From the NCBI GenBank assembly GCA_964486505.1, contig CAZAMC010000002.1, positions 193,656-257,655 of the forward strand: a stretch of 64,000 bases of DNA, given 5' to 3'. Below are positions 36,380 through 46,020 of the stretch, in pieces (position 1 is the stretch's first letter; the number at the start of each line of letters is the position of its first letter). This stretch comes from an uncultured Gammaproteobacteria bacterium (GTDB taxonomy: Bacteria > Patescibacteriota > Patescibacteriia > PEXW01). A program made the translations under genes and the position numbers. The notes below the pieces were generated by a model. That model did no database searches, was not told the DNA's origin, and worked only from the letters and a program-made list of their open reading frames with translations.

Positions 36380-37444
36380 ATGGAAATTATCGCTATTGTT
36401 CTCACGGTCCTCGTCCTCGTTGGCATTGGCTTGCTGTATGCCCGCCTAGCGAAGGCCGGCCCTGGCGGCGCAGACCCGCAGACGCACGAGAAGCTCATCC
36501 GCATGGAGGAACGCCTGCAGCAGCTCAATGAGAAGAGCACCGAGCAGACGCGTGTACTGGATGCAAAGCTCGGTGAGTCCACCAAAGCTCTCCAGCAGCA
36601 GTTCGGCCAGTCAACGAAGATTGTGCAGGACGTTACGGAGAAGCTTACCAAGCTGGATGAGACGAACCGGCAAGTGCTCAATTTCAGTGATCAACTCCGC
36701 AACCTGCAAGATATCCTGCAGAACCCCAAGCAGCGGGGGATTTTGGGGGAGTACTTCCTCGATAGCCTGCTTAAGAATGTGCTGCCGCCGGGTAGCTACC
36801 ACATGCAGTACAAGTTCAAGGATGGGGAGATTGTGGATGCCGTGGTGAAGATCAAAGACCGGCTGGTGCCCATAGACTCCAAGTTCAGCCTGGAGAACTA
36901 CAACCGCATGGCCGCCACGCACGTGGAGAGCGAGAAGAAAATTTTGGAGAAAGCGTTCGTGAATGACCTCAAGGTCCGCATTCAAGAGACGGCCAAGTAC
37001 ATTCGGCCGAGTGAGAACACCATGGACTTCGCGTTCATGTTCATTCCGTCCGAAGCAATCTACTACGACCTGCTCGTGAACAAAGTTGGCGCCGTGACGG
37101 AGGAAACCGAAAACCTCATCCAGCGCGCGGCGAACAAGTACCACGTCATTATCGTCTCACCCACATCTTTCCTGGCGTACCTGCAGACAGTCCTGGAAGG
37201 TTTGCGGGCCATGCAAATTGAAGAGTCGGCCAAAGAAATCCGCAAGAACGTGGAGCAACTCGGCAAACATATCTCAAGCTACGACGTGTACTTGCAGAAA
37301 CTGGGGAACCACCTGGGCACCACGGTGAACACCTACAACGCCGCGTACAAGGAATTCAAGAAAGTTGATAAAGACGTGCTAAAGATTGCCAACGTTGGCG
37401 GCAGCGTTGAAGCAATTGAGTTAGAGAAACCGAAAGGGGAGTAA
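36380..37444 (+). CDS. rmuC: DNA recombination protein RmuC
   Basis: N-terminal TM helix, coiled-coil, and the RmuC core (GILGEYFLDSLLKNVLPPGSYHMQYKF...VPIDSKFSLENY). Confidence 0.75.
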   Translation: MEIIAIVLTVLVLVGIGLLYARLAKAGPGGADPQTHEKLIRMEERLQQLNEKSTEQTRVLDAKLGESTKALQQQFGQSTKIVQDVTEKLTKLDETNRQVLNFSDQLRNLQDILQNPKQRGILGEYFLDSLLKNVLPPGSYHMQYKFKDGEIVDAVVKIKDRLVPIDSKFSLENYNRMAATHVESEKKILEKAFVNDLKVRIQETAKYIRPSENTMDFAFMFIPSEAIYYDLLVNKVGAVTEETENLIQRAANKYHVIIVSPTSFLAYLQTVLEGLRAMQIEESAKEIRKNVEQLGKHISSYDVYLQKLGNHLGTTVNTYNAAYKEFKKVDKDVLKIANVGGSVEAIELEKPKGE

Positions 37445-37446
37445 GT

Positions 37447-38076
37447 ATGGATGCACCAACGCAAGTCCCGCCCCAACCTTTGGGGTTTCCGCCGAAGCAG
37501 CATTGGCAGCGGGTAACGATTATTGTTGTAACCATCCTGCTGAGCGTTGCCTACATTGTTACCAGTGATGCCTCGACGCGGCTGGTGGACCAATCCTGCG
37601 TACGAGCATCAGACTGCCCAGGTGAGCAACTCTGTAAAGTGCATCCCGAAGATGTGGAAGCCCTGCCCACGGAGCCCGCGGGTCACATTGTTATCCCGAC
37701 GCTCGTCCTTCGGGAGGGCGCGCGGGGCTTCTGTACTCCGAATAGCGGGATTGCACTGTACATCGGCGCGTCGGGGAGTGGGAGCGCGCAGTACACGGCC
37801 GATGGGCGCGTCATCGTTGAGTCGCTCGCGGTTGATAACTTTCAAGCGGGCTCTCCACAGAAGGTCATGTTCCATTTCGCGCTCTTCGTGAGCGTGTGTG
37901 TACTTTTCCTCATCGCGCTGGTTAAAACCATAATTGCTTTGGTGCGGTTTACCCGAGCGGCCAAAAAATCTGAAGCTCCACTAAGCCTGGATCGAAAAGT
38001 CTATCGGTCTGCTGCGGTGCGGACGGGCCTGTACGCAGTGGGGGTTGCGCTCGTCATCTTGCTTGGGATTTTGTAA
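37447..38076 (+). CDS. hypothetical membrane/secreted protein
   Basis: N-terminal and C-terminal hydrophobic helices around a Cys-containing domain. 2 nt after rmuC. Confidence 0.4.
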   Translation: MDAPTQVPPQPLGFPPKQHWQRVTIIVVTILLSVAYIVTSDASTRLVDQSCVRASDCPGEQLCKVHPEDVEALPTEPAGHIVIPTLVLREGARGFCTPNSGIALYIGASGSGSAQYTADGRVIVESLAVDNFQAGSPQKVMFHFALFVSVCVLFLIALVKTIIALVRFTRAAKKSEAPLSLDRKVYRSAAVRTGLYAVGVALVILLGIL

Positions 38077-38091
38077 GCGCGGACGCAAGTA

Positions 38092-38121
38092 CTTGTCAAA
38101 AGTGTTTTTTTGTGTTACAAT
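38092..38121 (+). promoter_or_regulatory. candidate promoter TTGTCA-18-TACAAT
   Basis: Good -35/-10 20 nt upstream of ATG 38141. Confidence 0.4.
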
Positions 38122-38140
38122 ACAGTTAGTAAAAATAAAC

Positions 38141-40012
38141 ATGCACAAATTCCTCAAGAAGAAATTGTCCTGGTACCGCCAGTGGCATGAGACCTGGATC
38201 CACGGCCCATCGCACTGGGTGGTTTTTGCATGCGCCGTGGCCACCGCATCAGCACTCATCACGTACGTGGCACAAACCGACGGGGCGCCCGCACTCGTGC
38301 CTTTGGCGCAGGCGCAGGTCGCGGGTACGACCTACTACGTGGACGGCGAAAATGGGAATGACGCGAACAACGGCTTGTCGCAGCCAGCGGCGTGGAAGAC
38401 CCTGGCCAAGGCCAGCACGGTCTACCAGGGCGGCGACACCCTGAATATTCACCCCGGGGAGTACCGAGAAGTGTTGACGATCAAGAACGGTCCCAGTGCA
38501 GCACGGCCCACGGTAATCAACGGCGTCGGCAGCCGAGAGCAGGTGAAAATTCTCGGCAGCGAGCCCGTCACCGGCTGGTCGCAGTACAATGCCAATGTCT
38601 GGGTGGCAGATTTTTCATCCACGGTGACCCGGTGCGAGCGGATGGACGGCACGAGTGTCTACAACAAACCCAACGTGACCCCCGACTGCTGGTCTGACCG
38701 GAGCGACTGGTTTACCCGGGCGAGCTATGCCAATGGTAGTTTTTCGAGTGTGAGGGAAAATCCCGCTTCGGTTAACGCGCCCGGCGAGTACTACTACGAT
38801 AGTGTCGCCCGAAAAATTTACCTCTGGCCTTTCGGAAGTGATAACCCGAACGCACACACGATCGAGTGCTCCGCCCGCCGACCGCTGAGCCTGTACCCGA
38901 TGAATTTTACCCTGCAGAACGTGACCATCATGCACAGCTCGCTGAATCCGCTGTCGCTGGGTGACGGCAATGCCAGCATTCGCAATAATGATTTTGGGTA
39001 CAATTCCGGTGAAGGCTCCTGCTCAGAGAATCCCGCCTCGATTTTTTCCGGCCGCCAAAATTTCTTAAAACCCGGAATCAGCATCGTCGGCAACAAAATT
39101 CATGATCAAGGCAGTGACAAAGGTCCGAGTTTGATTACGCATGGCGGCCACCGGGGGTCGGGCATCGTGCTGTACAGCGTTCGCGACACCCTCATCGAGG
39201 GCAACGAATTCTACAATCATGAAATCGGCGTCTTCATTAAAGCGGGGAATACCGAGCCGAACTACACCAACGTCACCATCCGCGACAATATCGTGCACGA
39301 TGTCCAGAATGGGATTGGGTTTGGCTTGCAGACGTACGCTAGCTCCACCGCCTACGCCGGCATTATTGAGGGGAATCTGGTGTACGACATGCACTATTCC
39401 AGTGCCCTTAACTTGGACTACTTTGCCATTTGGACAGCTCGGGCTAATGGGACCGTCCGCGTCCGTCACAACACGGTCTACAATACCGCCGGCGTGTACA
39501 TTGCTAAGGATGAGCCAGCCACGGATGCGAATGAAGTGCGCGGCAACATCATCGCCCAATCAATGCCGTACCAGGATGGCGCGGCGCACCTCCGCATGGA
39601 GAACAACTCGGCTGCGAACACCCTTTCCGACTACAACCTCTTCCACGACTCCCGGCAGTACTTTGGCGAGACGGACACAACGGGTCGGTGGGTGGCGCCG
39701 TCGCCCTCGTTCTACAACACCTTTGCCAGCTGGAAGTCGGGAACCGGCAAGGACCAGCACAGCATTGAAGCGAACCCGCTCTTCGTTTCGGCTGCGGCCC
39801 GTGATTTTCGCCTGCAAGCGGGCAGCCCGGCTATTGACGCGGGGGCGTTCATTGCGGGGTACCACTGTGCGCAGTCAGATGACGTGGACTCGAATCAATC
39901 CAACTGCCGGCACTGGCGCGGCGCCGCACCGGACTTGGGCGCCCTGGAGTACGGAGTAGTGAGTAGCGATACTACTGCGCCAGCCCGTGTCATAAACCTG
40001 TATGCACAGTAA
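38141..40012 (+). CDS. surface-anchored right-handed parallel beta-helix (pectate-lyase-fold) protein
   Basis: Beta-helix repeat signatures throughout (e.g. ...TIRDNIVHDVQNGIGFG...EGNLVYDMHYS). The N-terminal module KKKLSWYRQWHETWIHGPSHWVVFACAVA precedes a hydrophobic helix. Ends ...INLYAQ*. Confidence 0.6.
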   Translation: MHKFLKKKLSWYRQWHETWIHGPSHWVVFACAVATASALITYVAQTDGAPALVPLAQAQVAGTTYYVDGENGNDANNGLSQPAAWKTLAKASTVYQGGDTLNIHPGEYREVLTIKNGPSAARPTVINGVGSREQVKILGSEPVTGWSQYNANVWVADFSSTVTRCERMDGTSVYNKPNVTPDCWSDRSDWFTRASYANGSFSSVRENPASVNAPGEYYYDSVARKIYLWPFGSDNPNAHTIECSARRPLSLYPMNFTLQNVTIMHSSLNPLSLGDGNASIRNNDFGYNSGEGSCSENPASIFSGRQNFLKPGISIVGNKIHDQGSDKGPSLITHGGHRGSGIVLYSVRDTLIEGNEFYNHEIGVFIKAGNTEPNYTNVTIRDNIVHDVQNGIGFGLQTYASSTAYAGIIEGNLVYDMHYSSALNLDYFAIWTARANGTVRVRHNTVYNTAGVYIAKDEPATDANEVRGNIIAQSMPYQDGAAHLRMENNSAANTLSDYNLFHDSRQYFGETDTTGRWVAPSPSFYNTFASWKSGTGKDQHSIEANPLFVSAAARDFRLQAGSPAIDAGAFIAGYHCAQSDDVDSNQSNCRHWRGAAPDLGALEYGVVSSDTTAPARVINLYAQ

Positions 40013-41480
40013 AACACTGCTCAGTAATTTTCGATGGTACCACCAGTGGCATGAGACCTGGATCCACGGCCCATCGCACTGGGTGGTTTTTGCATCGGCA
40101 GTCGCCGTCATTTCGGCGGTGTTCATGTACGTGGTGCAGAGCGGATCGGGGGGCGGGATTGTGGAGCCGGCGAGCGCGCAATTCACCATAGCCGCTGCAA
40201 CGAACATCGCCACCTGCCGGGACAACGGTTGCACGCTCACCATCCCGCGGCAGAAAGTGTTCATGTCCCTCACCGATCCGAACACGGTGTGGGTGATGTT
40301 CGAGAAGAGTTCGGGTAATTTCATGAAAACCACAGACGGGGGCGCAACCTGGAGTACGCCTATTACTATTCGGAGCTGGATCGACTACCACGCGTCGCTC
40401 TCCGGCGACAGCACCGGGAACATCTATGTCACTGATCCCGGATCGGGAAACGTGTACTTCCGGAAGGTGCGCACACCGGCGGTGGCAGCGGGAGACATGA
40501 ACTCCGCGCTCACCCTTTCGTCTGCCTATACCCCGGCGGGCGTCGCGACACGATCCAATGTCCTCGCGCAGGATGCAAACAACATCTGGGTATTCTACCG
40601 AACGAGCATTAATGCTACGGGCAATGTGCGGTACTTCCATTCCACAGATGGTGGCGCCACGTTTCCAAACGAAGGGTGGGTAACGAACGCCGGTACCGAT
40701 AACGTCCGCATTGGGTCATTGCTCATCAACGGCCAGCCCGCCGTGTTCATTTGGTACAGTGACGACTCTTCGAACGTCGGGTGGGGGTACAAGTACTTCA
40801 TTTGGGATGGCTCGCAGTTTGTAGCGAATGCCGACTCTTCCATTGTTTGGGGCTCGAAAATTTACCGTCGGGAGTACGCAATGAGTTTTGTGAACAATGA
40901 ATTGCACGTCGTGTACCCAGACAACAACAAGCACCTCATTCATTCGTGGAAGGAGTACAACAACGGCACTGGCAGTTGGTCGCAATCCAATCTCGAAACC
41001 CTCGCCGTTGAGCCACGTGATTGGCACCCTTCGTTGACCCGCCATGGGAATGACCTCTACCTGTTCTACATTAAGCAGGAGTCTTCTACGGCCGGGAATA
41101 ACAACGTGTACTACCGGAAGTGGGACACCACGGCGCACACCTGGACGTCTGCAATACCCGTTACTACGAACGGCGTTGATAACCGCTTCCCCAGTGGGCC
41201 GGCGGTAGCAAACCCAACCGCAGACTACATACCGATCATATGGTCTGCGCCGACAGCGCAGGTTATGTACGAGAAAATCGCTACCACACCCGCCCCCGCG
41301 TGCACCGAATCCTGGTCGTGCACAGGGTGGTCTGCCTGCAGTGCAGGGGGCTCGCAGACGCGAACGTGCACGGACACCAACGCCTGCGGCACGACGACAA
41401 ACAAACCAGCGGAGAGCCAAGCCTGCACGCCCGCAGATAGCCTTGCGCCCGACCCCATTAGCGACTTGTATGCGCAGTAG
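40002..41480 (+). CDS. surface-anchored BNR/sialidase-like repeat protein
   Basis: BNR motifs (TTDGGATWS, STDGGATFP). Same N-terminal module (WYHQWHETWIHGPSHWVVFASAVA). Cys-rich C-terminal region ending ...SDLYAQ*. Start overlaps the upstream stop. Confidence 0.6.
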   Translation: MHSKTLLSNFRWYHQWHETWIHGPSHWVVFASAVAVISAVFMYVVQSGSGGGIVEPASAQFTIAAATNIATCRDNGCTLTIPRQKVFMSLTDPNTVWVMFEKSSGNFMKTTDGGATWSTPITIRSWIDYHASLSGDSTGNIYVTDPGSGNVYFRKVRTPAVAAGDMNSALTLSSAYTPAGVATRSNVLAQDANNIWVFYRTSINATGNVRYFHSTDGGATFPNEGWVTNAGTDNVRIGSLLINGQPAVFIWYSDDSSNVGWGYKYFIWDGSQFVANADSSIVWGSKIYRREYAMSFVNNELHVVYPDNNKHLIHSWKEYNNGTGSWSQSNLETLAVEPRDWHPSLTRHGNDLYLFYIKQESSTAGNNNVYYRKWDTTAHTWTSAIPVTTNGVDNRFPSGPAVANPTADYIPIIWSAPTAQVMYEKIATTPAPACTESWSCTGWSACSAGGSQTRTCTDTNACGTTTNKPAESQACTPADSLAPDPISDLYAQ

Positions 41481-43128
41481 AGGACATTTCCACCAGTACC
41501 TCCTTACCGCCGTAACGGTGTGTGCCGTTGCCGGGCTAACGTTGGCTTTGCAATCGCAGGCTGCGACGACCCTCAGTGCATGCGGAACGCTAAGCCAAGC
41601 GAATGAGACGTACATTCTTGCCCAGGATGTAACCGCATCGGGAACGTGTTTCACGGTGACCGCGGGGAACGTCACCCTCGATCTCAACGGTCACACTATC
41701 ACCTACGGTACGGGTGGGGCGGCGCAAGTGTACGGGGTACAGATTGGTTCCAGCAACGATAATCTTCGCGTGACAAATGGTGCCATCCGGCAGTCGCCGA
41801 GCGCTGGGTCATTCTCCCACGCAATTTACGCAAGCTCAGGTTCGAATGATCGGTTCGACCACCTGACGCTGGAAGTGTACACCGACTCCAGCGCCGCGAT
41901 TGTAACGTGGTGGGGCCTTGGCCACCAGATTGATTACAATAGTATTACAAGCCACGTGCAAACCATTCAAAACCGCCACCAGAATCAGGGGTATAGCATT
42001 CAACTGTGGAATGGCGGGTCGTTTGACGTGCACCACAATACGCTCGTGGGTGGTCCGCAAGGTGGCATCTACTACTACCACAGCGACAACACCCGCGTGT
42101 ACAGCAATGACATTCGGCATGGCGGCCAAAGCATAGGGTATAGTAACAACTTCTGCATTGGTGCCTCGGGCGCGAATTCGGAAGTGTACGACAACACCTG
42201 CCACCCGGTGCAGGGCAGAGGTATCCATCTCTCGGGGAACAATTCCACAGTGCGGAACAATACCTTTGACGTTATTGAATTGGCGAATAACGCCGAGTAC
42301 GGTGGTTGTCAGATTGGCGGGACGTACGGTATTCAAATTGAAAATCCGGCAACCAACCTGCAAGTGTTGAACAACACCGTTATTGCCCGAGCCGACGCGT
42401 GCGCCGCGCAAGCATTCCGTGCCTCGGGTTTGGGGGCGGGGAACAACTGTCGGGTGTCTGGGAATACGTTTACGGCTGTGCGGCAAGGTGCCGGGACGGG
42501 CGTTGCGAACAGCGTGTCGGTCGATAGCATTGCTGCAGGACTCACAATCGAGAGTAACACGCTCACCGCAGACTCAGCAGTGTTTCACGTTGACTGGGAT
42601 GGCGCTACCGGCGTGCGCCTGCAAGGGAATACGATGGTGAAGGGGAATAACCCCTCGGCGACCTACGCGTTGGTGAACTTTGGCAACGGTGGTGCGTACC
42701 CTTCGCTTGGCCATATCCTGCAGGACTCGACGTACGGCAACGGTGCCGACGACGCGAGTTACCGCGTGCGCGCCGCAGCATTCGAGTACTTCGTGCAGTG
42801 GACGTTGAACGTCACTGCAACAGACGGACACGGAACGACCCTACGCGATGCAACGGTAACGATTACCGATAGCACCGGGGTAACCGTGTATACCGGATCC
42901 ACAAGCGCAGCGGGCACGGCCGCGGCAGTACTCCGGGAGTACCGACGCTACAACCAGAGCGGCGTTAATTACGTCCAGTCGTACAACCCCTACACGGTGA
43001 CCGTGTCGAAGGGCGGGTATGGTTCCTCAGTCTCCACCGTAACCGTCGACAAGGTAGCCAACCTGACCGCGCAGCTTACCGGTGACGCAACCCCGCCGGC
43101 AGCCGTAACTGACCTCCACGTCCAGTAG
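41470..43128 (+). CDS. secreted parallel beta-helix protein
   Basis: Classical signal-peptide-like N-terminus (MRSRGHFHQYLLTAVTVCAVAGLTLALQSQA) and beta-helix repeat signatures (NGHTITYGTGGAAQVYGVQIG...). Ends ...TDLHVQ*. ATG 41470 overlaps the upstream stop in the same geometry as the previous junction. Confidence 0.55.
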   Translation: MRSRGHFHQYLLTAVTVCAVAGLTLALQSQAATTLSACGTLSQANETYILAQDVTASGTCFTVTAGNVTLDLNGHTITYGTGGAAQVYGVQIGSSNDNLRVTNGAIRQSPSAGSFSHAIYASSGSNDRFDHLTLEVYTDSSAAIVTWWGLGHQIDYNSITSHVQTIQNRHQNQGYSIQLWNGGSFDVHHNTLVGGPQGGIYYYHSDNTRVYSNDIRHGGQSIGYSNNFCIGASGANSEVYDNTCHPVQGRGIHLSGNNSTVRNNTFDVIELANNAEYGGCQIGGTYGIQIENPATNLQVLNNTVIARADACAAQAFRASGLGAGNNCRVSGNTFTAVRQGAGTGVANSVSVDSIAAGLTIESNTLTADSAVFHVDWDGATGVRLQGNTMVKGNNPSATYALVNFGNGGAYPSLGHILQDSTYGNGADDASYRVRAAAFEYFVQWTLNVTATDGHGTTLRDATVTITDSTGVTVYTGSTSAAGTAAAVLREYRRYNQSGVNYVQSYNPYTVTVSKGGYGSSVSTVTVDKVANLTAQLTGDATPPAAVTDLHVQ

Positions 43129-43160
43129 AAAAACCATTGGGCCCGGTGTACACTGGATGC

Positions 43161-43973
43161 ATGCTCAGCGTCCAGCATCTTCGTAAAGTTTTCGGGTCCG
43201 TCACGGCGGTTGACGACGTGTCGTTTGATGCGCATGGCGGGGAGATTTTTGGTTTGCTGGGCCCCAACGGCGCGGGCAAGACCACAACTATCAGGGTGAT
43301 TGCCACCATTTTAGGACCAACCTCCGGAACCGCAACTATCTTGGGTCATGATATTGTTCGTGACGCCGAAGCCGTTCGGCGCAACATTGGCGTTCTAACT
43401 GCCGAGATTGGCTTGTACGACCGGTTCACTGCCCGCGAGAACATGCGGTACTTTGGCCACCTCTACGGTTTAGGCGGTCCATCGCTAGAAAAGCGCATTG
43501 AGGAGCTAATCCAAGCCCTGGACATGAAACGTTTCGCTGATCGTCGGGCCGGTACGTTTTCCACGGGCATGAAGCAGAAAGTGGCCATTGCCCGATCAAT
43601 CATCCATGATCCACCCGTAGTCATTTTTGACGAGCCAACTGCCGGGCTGGATGTCTTGGCGAGCCAGACCGTGATTGCGTACATGCAGGATGCGAAGGCG
43701 AAAGGCAAGCTGGTTGTTCTCTCTACCCACGACATGGCCCACGCCCAAGCACTCTGCGACCGGGTGGCGATTATTCACCGCAGCAAGCTCCTCACGTTGG
43801 ATACCACCGCGAATCTCCTCCAGAAAACTCACTCCAATTCACTCGAGCACGCGTTCCTCAATATCGTTGGGACGGGTGCGGCTCAGCAAACCGAGCGCGA
43901 ACGCGAAGAACAGCACTTAGCGAACGTGGAGAAGAGCAAGCGCCGCCGCTTGGGTTTCCGCTTCCGGTTATGA
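43161..43973 (+). CDS. ABC transporter ATP-binding protein
   Basis: Walker A (GPNGAGKTTT), signature (FSTGMKQKVAIA), Walker B (VVIFDEPTAGLD) and H-loop. Confidence 0.8.
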   Translation: MLSVQHLRKVFGSVTAVDDVSFDAHGGEIFGLLGPNGAGKTTTIRVIATILGPTSGTATILGHDIVRDAEAVRRNIGVLTAEIGLYDRFTARENMRYFGHLYGLGGPSLEKRIEELIQALDMKRFADRRAGTFSTGMKQKVAIARSIIHDPPVVIFDEPTAGLDVLASQTVIAYMQDAKAKGKLVVLSTHDMAHAQALCDRVAIIHRSKLLTLDTTANLLQKTHSNSLEHAFLNIVGTGAAQQTEREREEQHLANVEKSKRRRLGFRFRL

Positions 43974-45154
43974 GCACTATCTACACCGTCTTCAAGAAGG
44001 AAATCATCGATAGTATCCGTGATAAGCGGACGCTGTGGACAGCCGTACTCATGCCCATCTTCCTCATGCCGGCAATTCTGGTGGGCAGCATGAAGTTCCA
44101 AGAGTACCAGGTAAAAAAGACGGAGGCGAAGCCGGCCCTGGTGGCTGTACTGCCCGCCGATGCGGCCCCATCCTTGGTCGACTTCCTTAATAGCCAGCCA
44201 AAGTTTGAGGTGAAAGCAGTGGCCAATGTGGCGGCGAGCATTGATGACGGGACAATCAACATCGCCCTGGAAGTGCCAAAGAATTTCGAGGCCCAGTTAC
44301 AGGCGGGCCAGCCCGTGAAGGTAACGGTCCAGCAGAAGAGCTCGAATATCGATTCTTCGACCGCGCTGAGTAAGGTGCAGGCGGCACTCGGGCTTTTCAA
44401 CCAGCAGCGCGCAGCCGTTATCCTTCAGCAGCAAGGGATTGACCCCCAAAGTCTTGCCGCCATCGTGCCGACGCTGGTAGATATCGCTACCCCGGAAGAG
44501 CGCGGCGGTTTTATTGCGGGTTTACTCCTGCCGATGTTCATCGTGCTCTTCGCTATTGTGGGCGGCATGTACATTGCTATCGACGTTTCGGCCGGAGAGA
44601 AAGAGCGCAAGACTTTGGAGGCACTAGTGCTTGCTCCGGTTTCTCGGCTCAAACTCGTGATGGGCAAGTACTTTGCGGTTGCTGCTACTGCCAGTGCGTC
44701 TATCATCCTGTCACTCACGTCACTTACCGTGGCTTTCCAAATGTTCCCGCCCAGCTTTGGCACCGAAGCGGTAACCATTAACCTCACCCCACCGACGCTC
44801 GCCATCATGCTCGTCATCGGCGTCATTCTCTCGGTGATGTTCGCGGGGCTCCTGCTCTCGGTGGCAATTTTCGCCAAGAGCTACAAGGAGGCGGTGAACT
44901 ACATTAGCCCGTTCTACCTTCTTGCCATTTTGCCGGTGGCAATCTTCGCGCAAATTCCAGGGCTCAAACCCACTCTGGTGATGTTTCTGATTCCCGGAGT
45001 GAATGCCACCTTCGTTATGAAGGACGCGCTCGTGGGAACCTATGACCTGATGAAAATTTTTGTCACCCTGGGTTCACTGCTCGTGTACGCCACCATTGCC
45101 ATCCTGGCGGCGGGGAAGATTTTCTCCAAGGAGAGCATTCTGTTCCGGGATTAG
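43970..45154 (+). CDS. ABC-2 family permease
   Basis: N-terminal TM helix, large extracytoplasmic loop, then five C-terminal helices. ATGA overlap with the ATPase gene. Confidence 0.65.
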   Translation: MSTIYTVFKKEIIDSIRDKRTLWTAVLMPIFLMPAILVGSMKFQEYQVKKTEAKPALVAVLPADAAPSLVDFLNSQPKFEVKAVANVAASIDDGTINIALEVPKNFEAQLQAGQPVKVTVQQKSSNIDSSTALSKVQAALGLFNQQRAAVILQQQGIDPQSLAAIVPTLVDIATPEERGGFIAGLLLPMFIVLFAIVGGMYIAIDVSAGEKERKTLEALVLAPVSRLKLVMGKYFAVAATASASIILSLTSLTVAFQMFPPSFGTEAVTINLTPPTLAIMLVIGVILSVMFAGLLLSVAIFAKSYKEAVNYISPFYLLAILPVAIFAQIPGLKPTLVMFLIPGVNATFVMKDALVGTYDLMKIFVTLGSLLVYATIAILAAGKIFSKESILFRD

Positions 45155-45190
45155 CAAAAGCCCTCCGCAGGTGGGAGGGCGTATGAAGGT

Positions 45191-45904
45191 TCAAGGGTGA
45201 AGCTCAGGAGCAATCCGGAGCAGGTTTTCGACATGGACCTTGAGGAAGTCCAGGGCACTGGTGTAGAAGCGGATCCGGTGACGATTGACGATGGACGTGC
45301 CGGCGATGTTCGCCAGAAAGCGCGGGTGGCCTTGGCGCATCTGGGCTTCCAAGCCAATTGTTGCAGCGTACAGGGCCAGTAGGAAAGCTCGGTCGTGGTT
45401 CGGCGTTTCGGCCGCCCCGAGGATTTCACCGCACCGGCCTATGGTAAGGGTGAGGATGCGGCGCGGATTCGCCAGATCAGTGTCTGAGCTCTGGTACAGC
45501 CGATCCTCAAAAGTATGCTGGACCAGGGTTCGGTGGCGCCAGGTATGCGCGCGATCAAGCGTGTACTTCATCGGTACTTCGATGCGCAGGGGGTTGTCCG
45601 GGGCAAAGGGGACGGTTTCCAAGGTGAGCCCGGGGAAGTGAGTTTCCGGCTGGACGAAGCCCACGTGCCGGGTGAGCTCCGGCATAGTGGCAACACCCGA
45701 CCGCTTGGCCGCCTGGAGACGCTCCCGGTACTTCTGGCGCACGTCCCGGGGGCCATCGTCGCTGGGGGCAGTGTGCCCCATGAGCGCGCGGATGACCTGG
45801 AGGTGGGTGGGGGTGAGGTCACTAATGCCTAGCTGGGCGCCCTGCTGGGCAATGGTAATGAACGCTTCCATGCTCTCTCCGTAGGGTTTGGTGTGTATTC
45901 TCAA
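45191..45904 (-). CDS. hypothetical protein
   Basis: 237-aa soluble ORF with no motif assigned. Confidence 0.35.
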   Translation of the reverse strand: MRIHTKPYGESMEAFITIAQQGAQLGISDLTPTHLQVIRALMGHTAPSDDGPRDVRQKYRERLQAAKRSGVATMPELTRHVGFVQPETHFPGLTLETVPFAPDNPLRIEVPMKYTLDRAHTWRHRTLVQHTFEDRLYQSSDTDLANPRRILTLTIGRCGEILGAAETPNHDRAFLLALYAATIGLEAQMRQGHPRFLANIAGTSIVNRHRIRFYTSALDFLKVHVENLLRIAPELHP

Positions 45905-46020
45905 GCTTCGTAGCGTACGTCTAGGCTACCCCAAAGTCAACGGGGGTTGACAATGCCGTGCTTTTGCGTATGCTAGTACACTCAAACAGCAAAATAGACC
46001 GTTGAATTGAAAGGATACAC

